Origin: Dickeya solani IPO 2222
Lineage (GTDB): Bacteria; Pseudomonadota; Gammaproteobacteria; Enterobacterales; Enterobacteriaceae
Length of the DNA: 32,000 nt
Direction: 5' to 3'
NCBI RefSeq assembly: GCF_001644705.1
Contig: NZ_CP015137.1
Location: 3,060,001-3,092,000, forward strand
Every line of letters starts with the position of its first letter. Position 1 is the stretch's first letter. This document shows, piece by piece, positions 25,352-32,000 of the stretch. The position numbers were made by a program, and so were the translations under genes. The notes below the pieces were generated by a model, which had not been told where the DNA came from, searched no databases, and saw nothing but the letters and a program-made list of their open reading frames with translations.

Positions 25352-26215
25352 TCAGGCTGGTTTGCGCGCCAGCAGCGTGGCAAAGCGCAGTTTGATGCGG
25401 TTGCCGTTGGCGTCGGTTTTGTGCAGTTCTCCCACATCCTCGTTGTATTTCACGATCTCCCAGTCACGGTAATAGTCGTGTAACTCGTTGTGCCCAAAGG
25501 TGAACGAGAACGGCATCGGGCAGGGGAAATCATCGGTGGACATGGCGGCGACGATCAGGTTATAGCCCCCGGCGACGGTGTGTTGCTGCATATTGCTGAT
25601 GATCGCCGGGATCTGTGCCCGTTCCAGAAACATGAACACCACTGTCGACAGGATGAAATCGTACTGGTGACGAATATCGGCCTGATTGATGTCGTGGACG
25701 AACGCTTCAATCCGGCTGAGCGGCTCATCGGCGATGATGCTATTGAGCGTATCAATGCTCATGACGTTCTTGTCGCAGGCGGTGACGTCAAACCCTTTCA
25801 GGTTCAGGTAGAGCGCGTTACGCCCGCCGCCACAGCCCAGATCCAGCGCTTTTCCCGGCTGTACATAACGCAAGGCGTTGAGCACTTCCGAGTGGGTGCG
25901 CGTCAGTTCATATTTTTTGTGGTAATAGTCTTCCGCCGTGCAATAGAAGCCCAACTGACATTCCAGATCGTCTGAAAACGAAACGATGCGGTGCCAGCAC
26001 TGTGGTTCAATATAGGGCGGTTGCTGGTGTGGCGAGAAGTGGAAGTGTTCTTCGATGTCACCCTGTTCTGTTAGCAGGTCGAACGTCAGCTCGCCTTTTA
26101 AAATATGTAGCTTTGCCCAGGTACCTTCTTTGGTGTTGTGTTTTTCCTGGAATGCCGCAGGCAGCGTGCTGCTGTTCCATACCGGCATGTGTTTATAGCA
26201 AATCAGTTCTTGCAT
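25352..26215 (-). CDS. tehB: Tellurite-resistance SAM-dependent methyltransferase, long (Haemophilus-type) TehB with an N-terminal DUF1971-like domain
   Basis: 287 aa and colinear with H. influenzae TehB (ELICYK.MPVW....[20 protein letters not shown]...LDLGCG.GRN.LYL...G.DV...D.N...I...[13 protein letters not shown]...[38 protein letters not shown]...YNE..GELHKTD.NGNRIK..FAT.LARK). Confidence 0.9.
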   Translation of the reverse strand: MQELICYKHMPVWNSSTLPAAFQEKHNTKEGTWAKLHILKGELTFDLLTEQGDIEEHFHFSPHQQPPYIEPQCWHRIVSFSDDLECQLGFYCTAEDYYHKKYELTRTHSEVLNALRYVQPGKALDLGCGGGRNALYLNLKGFDVTACDKNVMSIDTLNSIIADEPLSRIEAFVHDINQADIRHQYDFILSTVVFMFLERAQIPAIISNMQQHTVAGGYNLIVAAMSTDDFPCPMPFSFTFGHNELHDYYRDWEIVKYNEDVGELHKTDANGNRIKLRFATLLARKPA

Positions 26216-26346
26216 AAAGACCTCGTGCGTCCGCGTATATTTCTATTCTATTAATCACGCGATGGTGTGACCAGAAATATGTATTATAAATGCATCAAAT
26301 AACCTGCTACCTGCGTGGCGGCTATTACCATCGGCATGATGACGAC

Positions 26347-27510
26347 TCATGCTGACAATTGCCGTAACAGCGGAAAGGCGTCTTTCATGCGATCGCCACC
26401 CACGACGAACCCCCGTAGTTGCTCTCCCGCCATCCCTTTTGCCACCATTCCGCCATGATCGGCGATGATGTGCCAGACCAGTTCCGGGTTTTGTGTTTCG
26501 CCAGCCAGCTGTAATGGAAACAGCGGGGTTTTCACCTTAATCAGCATCGCGGGCAGAGTGAGAGAACCGTTCCCTTCCCGTACATGGCCGGCTGTATTAC
26601 CGGCGCTGGCCGCAATGCTGTTGGCAGCGATGCTGGCGGTCAATTGAATTGGTTGCAAAAAGGGCCGCAGTTTGCCGTTGATTTCGGCGCAGTCTCCCAC
26701 TGCGTAAATATGCGGATCAGAGGTCCGCAGCTGGCTGTCGGTAACGATGCCGCGATTAACCGCCAGACCGGCGGCAACTGCCAGCGAGGTATTGGCGCGC
26801 AACCCGATGGCGGAGATCACTTCGTCGACCTCCAGCGTGCGCCCGGACATCAACGTGACTCTCAGGCCGGCGTCGGTTTTTTCCAACTGCTGGAGTTCGT
26901 TATTGAGCATCAGCTCCACGCCTTGTTGCAGCAAGGCGGCTTGCAGTCGGGCGCTGATTTCGACGGGCAGCAGTGCAGAAAGAAGATGCGATGCCCGATC
27001 CACCAGAGTGACGTGCTTGCCAGCCTGCGCCATATCCATCGCCAGTTCGCTGCCGATCAAACCCGCCCCGAGTATCAGAATCCGGGTCGCCTGCGTCAGG
27101 CGTGCTTCCGCCCGGCGATATTCCTGCTGACTGTTGAGCGTCAACATCCACTCATGACCGGGAACCGGTGGTATCACGGCGCTGGCGCCCGTCGCCAGCA
27201 CCAGTGTGTGGTAATCATAGTGCCGGGTATCGCACATAACCTGCCGCCGCCCGGCATCAATGCCGGTGACGGGGGTGTGCGCCAGCAGGGTAATCCGCTG
27301 CTCTTCGGCAAATTGCGCCGCGCTCATGCGCGTTAGATCGTCGGCGGGGCGATGCTGACTGAGCACATGGCTCAGTTCCGGTTTGTTGTATTCATCGCCG
27401 CTGTCGGCGGTGATCAGGCGAATCGGGCGTTGGGTATCCTGCTTACGCAGGTTTTTAATCAGTTGCCGGGCGGCGAAACCCGCCCCGATAACAATGATGT
27501 CGTCAGACAT
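26347..27510 (-). CDS. norW: NADH:flavorubredoxin oxidoreductase
   Basis: 387 aa with two Rossmann motifs (IVIGAGFAARQL; ILILGAGLIGSELA). It lies immediately downstream of norV (9-nt gap), in the conserved norVW arrangement. Confidence 0.93.
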   Translation of the reverse strand: MSDDIIVIGAGFAARQLIKNLRKQDTQRPIRLITADSGDEYNKPELSHVLSQHRPADDLTRMSAAQFAEEQRITLLAHTPVTGIDAGRRQVMCDTRHYDYHTLVLATGASAVIPPVPGHEWMLTLNSQQEYRRAEARLTQATRILILGAGLIGSELAMDMAQAGKHVTLVDRASHLLSALLPVEISARLQAALLQQGVELMLNNELQQLEKTDAGLRVTLMSGRTLEVDEVISAIGLRANTSLAVAAGLAVNRGIVTDSQLRTSDPHIYAVGDCAEINGKLRPFLQPIQLTASIAANSIAASAGNTAGHVREGNGSLTLPAMLIKVKTPLFPLQLAGETQNPELVWHIIADHGGMVAKGMAGEQLRGFVVGGDRMKDAFPLLRQLSA

Positions 27511-27519
27511 GACCGTTCC

Positions 27520-29001
27520 TTAGTGGATGGGATTAAACACGTCTTTGCCTAAGCCACATTCTGGGCACAGGAAGCTGTCGGGCACATCAGACCAGGGGGT
27601 GCCCGGCGTCACTTCCTGCATCGGTTCACCGATGGCGGGATCGTAAATCCACTGGCACACGCTGCACTGCATCCGGCTGTTATCTTGCGACGTTGACGCG
27701 CTGTTGCAGGCGCAGGCAGATGGCGCCGCCATGATCGCCGGTGTTTCAGCCGTTTCGGCCGTTTTGGCGGCGTCGATAGCGACGACAGGCGATACGGTTA
27801 ACGGGCGTAATGCCCATTGACGCGCAATTTCGCGGCCATGTTCCCGGCAAATTGCCAGCGCGGACCCGTCCGGACGCCATTTGGTTTTCAGCGACAGCGT
27901 GGTCTCAAAGCCGGCATCCATCAGCCGGGTTTGGATGCGGTCAACCGCGCCGCCGTTCCAACCGTAGCTGCCAAAGGCGGAGGCTTTCTTGTTCTGGAAG
28001 CGCAGACCGGTGATTTCCTCCAGCATGGCGGCCACTTTCGGCATCATCACATTATTCATGGTGGAAGAACCGACCAGCACGCCTTTGGAACGGAACACCT
28101 GCGTCAGAATTTCGTTTTTATCGTGGCGAGCCACGTTGTAGATTTTCACGGCGACACCCGGATCGACATCGTGGATGCCTTGCGCGATGGCGTCAGCCAT
28201 CATGCGGGTATTGTTGGACATGGTGTCGTAGAACAGCGTGATGCGATCTTCCTGATAGCTGTCGGCCCACCGCAAATAGTGATGAATAATCTGCGCCGGG
28301 TCGTCGCGCCACACCACGCCGTGTGAAGTGGCGATCATCGACAGCGGCAGGTTAAACCCCAGCACTTCGTTGATCTTGGCGGTGACCAGGCGGCTGAACG
28401 GCGTCAGGATATTGGCGAAATAGCGTTGGCATTGTTCAAACAGTTCACCCTGATCGACCTCATCATTGAACAGATGCTCATCGCAGTAGTGCTGACCGAA
28501 AGCGTCATTGCTGAACAGGACCGCGTCGCCGCTCATATAGGTCATCATGCTGTCCGGCCAGTGCAGCATCGGGGTTTCGATGAAGACCAGCTGTTTGCCG
28601 TTGCCGATATCCAGAGAATCGCCGGTTTTGACGGTATGGAAATGCCATTCCGGATGATGGTGATGGCCGGTAATGGAGTCGATGGCGTTATGGGTGCAGT
28701 AGATCGGCGTCTCGGGGATGTGAGCCATCAGTTCGCTCAGCGCCCCGGCGTGGTCTTCTTCGGCATGGTTGATCACGATGTAATCGATCTGTGCCAGATC
28801 GATCTCCGTCATCAGGTTCTGTACAAAATCACGGCTGAACTTGTGGTCAACGGTGTCGATCAGCACCGTTTTTTCTTCCCGGATCAGGTAGCTGTTATAG
28901 CTGCTGCCTTTCAGCGTTTTGTATTCGGTTCCGTGGAAGTCGCGCACTTCCCAATCCCGTTGCCCGACCCAGTGAATATTATTCTTAACATGAATAGACA
29001 T
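27520..29001 (-). CDS. norV: Anaerobic nitric oxide reductase flavorubredoxin
   Basis: 493 aa and colinear with E. coli NorV. It has a metallo-beta-lactamase-like di-iron domain ([12 protein letters not shown]), a flavodoxin domain and a C-terminal rubredoxin ([39 protein letters not shown]). Confidence 0.97.
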   Translation of the reverse strand: MSIHVKNNIHWVGQRDWEVRDFHGTEYKTLKGSSYNSYLIREEKTVLIDTVDHKFSRDFVQNLMTEIDLAQIDYIVINHAEEDHAGALSELMAHIPETPIYCTHNAIDSITGHHHHPEWHFHTVKTGDSLDIGNGKQLVFIETPMLHWPDSMMTYMSGDAVLFSNDAFGQHYCDEHLFNDEVDQGELFEQCQRYFANILTPFSRLVTAKINEVLGFNLPLSMIATSHGVVWRDDPAQIIHHYLRWADSYQEDRITLFYDTMSNNTRMMADAIAQGIHDVDPGVAVKIYNVARHDKNEILTQVFRSKGVLVGSSTMNNVMMPKVAAMLEEITGLRFQNKKASAFGSYGWNGGAVDRIQTRLMDAGFETTLSLKTKWRPDGSALAICREHGREIARQWALRPLTVSPVVAIDAAKTAETAETPAIMAAPSACACNSASTSQDNSRMQCSVCQWIYDPAIGEPMQEVTPGTPWSDVPDSFLCPECGLGKDVFNPIH

Positions 29002-29044
29002 CGTAACACTCCGATTAGCGTATTAAAGGTAGATGCGATGTCAT

Positions 29045-29060
29045 TGCACGAGCCGTGCCA
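29045..29060 (-). promoter_or_regulatory. sigma54 (-24/-12) promoter of norVW
   Basis: The minus strand reads TGGCAC-GGCTC-GTGCA (consensus TGGCAC-N5-TTGCW), ending about 45 nt upstream of the norV ATG. Confidence 0.85.
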
Positions 29061-29103
29061 GATTTTATCTATTTGATTATTAATAATTTTAAAAATACCT
29101 TTT

Positions 29104-29158
29104 GTCATTATGACAATGCTCGGATAATGTCTTTTTGACACTCATTTGTGAAAAAGAC
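29104..29158. promoter_or_regulatory. Three NorR enhancer-binding sites (GT-N7-AC) in the norR-norV intergenic region
   Basis: GTcattatgAC (29104-29114), GTctttttgAC (29129-29139) and GTgaaaaagAC (29148-29158). An AT-rich tract at 29061-29100 between these sites and the sigma54 promoter is compatible with an IHF bend site. Confidence 0.8.
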
Positions 29159-29163
29159 AGACC

Positions 29164-30690
29164 ATGCCGCTATCGATAGATTCCTTTGCGCACATTGCCA
29201 TTGAACTGCAACAAGGGCTTTCAACCCGGGACCGCTTTCAGCGCCTGCTCAATAGTTTGCGCCAGTTGTTATGCTGCGATGCCGCTGCGTTGTTGTGTTA
29301 TGAAAGCCAACTGCTGCGTCCGCTGGCGACCGATGGGCTGGCGCCGGACGTGCTGGGGCGGCGTTTCCGTCTGTCCGAGCATCCCCGTCTGGAGGCGATA
29401 GCCCGGGCGGGCGACGTGGTGCGTTTCCCGGCGGACAGCCAGCTTCCTGATCCTTACGATGGCCTGATTCCCGGTCAGGAAGCGCTGAAAGTCCACGCCT
29501 GCGTGGGCCTGCCACTGTTTGCTCACCATACGCTGATCGGCGCGCTGACCATTGATGGAATGGACCCTCACCAGTTCGATCATTTCAGCGATGAGGAGCT
29601 GCGGCTGATTGGCGCGATGGCGTCCGTTGCCTTGAGCAATGCGTTGCTGATGGAGCAACTGGAACGGCAAACGCTGGCGCCGCTGCCGGATGCCGCTCCG
29701 ATGGCGGAGGTGGAGGCTGATGAGATGGTAGGATTATCGGAGCCTATGCAGCAGTTGAAAAAAGAACTGGCTATCGTGGCCGACAGCGATCTTAACGTGC
29801 TGATCATGGGTGAAACCGGTGTCGGCAAGGAGCTGGTGGCGCGGGCTATCCATCAGGGATCGCGGCGCGCGGGCCGTCCGCTGGTGTATCTGAACTGTGC
29901 CGCGCTGCCGGAGTCGGTGGCGGAAAGCGAGCTGTTTGGTCACGTGAAAGGGGCGTTTACCGGTGCGATCCACCACCGTACCGGCAAGTTCGAACTGGCG
30001 GACAACGGCACGCTGTTTCTGGATGAAATTGGCGAGTTATCGCTAACGTTACAGGCCAAACTGTTGCGGGTGTTGCAGTACGGCGATTTGCAGCGCGTAG
30101 GTGACGACAGTAGCCTGAAAGTGGATGTGCGCGTGCTGGCGGCCACCAACCGGGATTTAAAGCAGTCGGTGCAGGAGGGCGCTTTCCGTGCCGACCTGTT
30201 CCATCGTCTGAGCGTGTTTCCGCTGTCGGTGCCGCCGCTGCGCGCGCGCGGTCAGGATATTGCCTTGCTGGCCGGTTTTTTCTGCGAACGCAGCCGCGCC
30301 CGATTGGGGTTGCAGCGGCTGTCGTTGTCGCCGGAAGCGATGCAGTTGCTGGCGCGTTATCCGTGGCCGGGGAATGTGCGCGAGCTGGAGCATGTGATTT
30401 ACCGGGCGACCATTGTGGCGCGGGCCGGTGGGTCGACCGGCGATCTGGCATTACGTCCGGAACATTTGAATCTGGATGGCGTCTTGCCGGAAGAGCCTCA
30501 TCCGGCCGCCGCCGATACCGTGCCGACGTGGCGCGGCATCAGCCTGCGGGATGCGACGGATCAGTATCAGCGGCAGGTGATTAGCGACACGCTGGCGCGA
30601 CATCAGGGCAACTGGTCGTCCTGTGCCCGCGAACTGGCGGTGGATAGCGGCAATTTGCACCGGATGGCAAAACGGTTAGGGATTAAATAA
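29164..30690 (+). CDS. norR: NO-responsive sigma54-dependent transcriptional activator NorR (GAF-AAA+-HTH)
   Basis: 508 aa and colinear with E. coli NorR (IAIELQ.G....DRFQRL...LRQ.L.CDA.ALL.Y...GETG.GKELVA.AIH...GAFTGA...ESELFGH...NVRELEH). Confidence 0.97.
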   Translation: MPLSIDSFAHIAIELQQGLSTRDRFQRLLNSLRQLLCCDAAALLCYESQLLRPLATDGLAPDVLGRRFRLSEHPRLEAIARAGDVVRFPADSQLPDPYDGLIPGQEALKVHACVGLPLFAHHTLIGALTIDGMDPHQFDHFSDEELRLIGAMASVALSNALLMEQLERQTLAPLPDAAPMAEVEADEMVGLSEPMQQLKKELAIVADSDLNVLIMGETGVGKELVARAIHQGSRRAGRPLVYLNCAALPESVAESELFGHVKGAFTGAIHHRTGKFELADNGTLFLDEIGELSLTLQAKLLRVLQYGDLQRVGDDSSLKVDVRVLAATNRDLKQSVQEGAFRADLFHRLSVFPLSVPPLRARGQDIALLAGFFCERSRARLGLQRLSLSPEAMQLLARYPWPGNVRELEHVIYRATIVARAGGSTGDLALRPEHLNLDGVLPEEPHPAAADTVPTWRGISLRDATDQYQRQVISDTLARHQGNWSSCARELAVDSGNLHRMAKRLGIK

Positions 30691-30691
30691 C

Positions 30692-30714
30692 AAACCCCGG
30701 CATGACCGGGGTTT
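30692..30714. terminator. Bidirectional terminator hairpin between convergent norR and the fumarase gene
   Basis: aaaccccgg (30692-30700) pairs with ccggggttt (30706-30714) across the loop catga. Confidence 0.65.
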
Positions 30715-30736
30715 GAAGGGTTAGCCTGGCGAATAA

Positions 30737-32000
30737 TCAACCGCAGCTGGTGCATTTCTGCGACTGGATCACCTGGAAGAAGTCGTTGCCCTTGTCATCC
30801 ACCAGAATGAAGGCCGGGAAGTCTTCCACTTCGATTTTCCAGATAGCTTCCATACCCAGTTCCGGGTATTCCACGCATTCCAGACTCTTGATGCTGTTCT
30901 GCGCCAGAATCGCCGCCGGGCCGCCGATGCTGCCGAGGTAGAAACCGCCGTGTTTATTACAGGCGTCGGTCACCTGCTGGCTGCGGTTGCCCTTGGCCAG
31001 CATGATCATGCTGCCGCCGTGGGATTGCAGCAGATCAACGTAGGAGTCCATGCGGCCAGCGGTGGTGGGGCCGAGTGAACCGGAGGCATAGCCTTCCGGC
31101 GTTTTGGCCGGGCCGGCGTAGTAGATCGGATGATCTTTCACGTATTGCGGCAGCTCGCCGCCGTTATCCAGCAGCTCTTTCAGCTTGGCGTGCGCGATGT
31201 CGCGCGCCACGATGATGGTGCCGTTGAGCGACAGGCGGGTGGAAACCGGGTACTGCGACAGCGTCTTGAGAATGTCGGCCATCGGGCGGTTCAGGTCGAT
31301 GCGCAACACTTCGCCTTCGCCAGCCTGACGCAAGTGCTCCGGAATGTATTTGCCGGGGTTGGTTTCCAACTGTTCCAGCCAGATACCCTGACGGTTAATC
31401 TTGGCCTTGATGTTGCGGTCCGCCGAGCAAGACACGCCCATGCCGATCGGGCAAGAAGCGCCATGACGCGGCAGACGGATCACGCGCACATCGTGGGCGA
31501 AGTATTTGCCGCCGAATTGGGCGCCGAGCCCCAGATTGCGGGCTTCCTCCAGCAATTCCTGCTCCAGCGCCACATCGCGGAACGCCTGACCATGCTCGTT
31601 GCCTTCGGTCGGCAGCTGGTCATAGTAGCGGGTGGAGGCCAGTTTGGCGGTTTTCAGGTTGGTTTCCGCCGAGGTGCCGCCGATGACGAACGCAATGTGG
31701 TACGGCGGGCAGGCCGCGGTACCCAGCGTACGCATTTTTTCCACCAGATAGTTGGTCAGCTTGCCCGGCGACAGCAGCGCTTTGGTTTCCTGATACAGGT
31801 AGGTCTTGTTGGCGGAACCGCCGCCTTTGGTGACGAACAGGAATTTGTACTCATCGCCTTCGGTGCTGTAGAGGTCGATCTGCGCCGGCAGGTTGGTGCC
31901 GGTGTTGACCTCTTTGTACATGTCCAGCGCCGCGTTCTGAGAATAGCGCAGGTTGTCTTCGATAAAGGTGTTGTACACCCCGCGCGACAGCGCTTCGGCA
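30737..32000 (-). CDS. Class I (Fe-S, FumA/FumB-type) fumarate hydratase, C-terminal ~420 aa; the N-terminus lies outside the window
   Basis: The minus-strand frame is open to the window edge. The translation matches FumA/FumB ([20 protein letters not shown]; [15 protein letters not shown]; [21 protein letters not shown]; [13 protein letters not shown]; MLAKGNRS; [21 protein letters not shown]). FumA and FumB cannot be told apart from sequence alone. Confidence 0.93.
   Translation of the reverse strand, partial: AEALSRGVYNTFIEDNLRYSQNAALDMYKEVNTGTNLPAQIDLYSTEGDEYKFLFVTKGGGSANKTYLYQETKALLSPGKLTNYLVEKMRTLGTAACPPYHIAFVIGGTSAETNLKTAKLASTRYYDQLPTEGNEHGQAFRDVALEQELLEEARNLGLGAQFGGKYFAHDVRVIRLPRHGASCPIGMGVSCSADRNIKAKINRQGIWLEQLETNPGKYIPEHLRQAGEGEVLRIDLNRPMADILKTLSQYPVSTRLSLNGTIIVARDIAHAKLKELLDNGGELPQYVKDHPIYYAGPAKTPEGYASGSLGPTTAGRMDSYVDLLQSHGGSMIMLAKGNRSQQVTDACNKHGGFYLGSIGGPAAILAQNSIKSLECVEYPELGMEAIWKIEVEDFPAFILVDDKGNDFFQVIQSQKCTSCG

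Noticed and set aside
1-32000. Looked for CRISPR arrays, tRNA/rRNA genes, long tandem repeats, and intact IS elements or prophage genes.
   Set aside because: No regularly spaced repeats, no cloverleaf-like or rRNA-like conserved sequence, and no intact transposase or phage structural gene were found. Only the decayed relics at 5530-5918 are present.

Overview
This is a chromosomal window from an Enterobacterales-type genome; no genus is assigned. The backbone is visibly GC-rich and dominated by recognisable housekeeping genes. In order: a GT1 glycosyltransferase 3' end, a Ner/Nlp-like regulator, yfeX, cysM, macA-macB with a divergent OmpR/CpxR-like two-component system, and the conserved block crr-ptsI-ptsH-cysK-cysZ (minus strand). 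Then come zipA, a yjeH-like exporter, ubiK, FMN riboswitch plus ribB, a Haemophilus-type tehB, norW-norV with divergent norR and a complete sigma54/NorR control region, and a class I fumarate hydratase truncated by the window edge. Three accessory patches interrupt this backbone.

1. ~1030-3390: an AT-rich leader followed by a LuxR-type solo regulator tightly linked to an NCS1 (cytosine/purine-type) permease.
2. ~5530-8200: a strongly AT-rich islet wedged between the 3' ends of cysM and macB. It opens with a chimeric transposase/P4-integrase relic. It then carries an orphan hcp (T6SS tube protein), a 277-aa uncharacterised protein that starts 1 nt after the hcp stop, a convergent small membrane protein, and a truncated copy of that protein's N-terminus.
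3. ~14086-16134: a crotonase-fold protein with a twin-arginine (Tat) signal peptide, next to an extended HxlR-type regulator.

The hcp cassette is the best candidate for an undescribed system: an Hcp-carried cargo toxin with possible membrane immunity. No tRNA, rRNA or CRISPR array was seen. All calls rest on reading the translations and sequence by eye; no database search was run.
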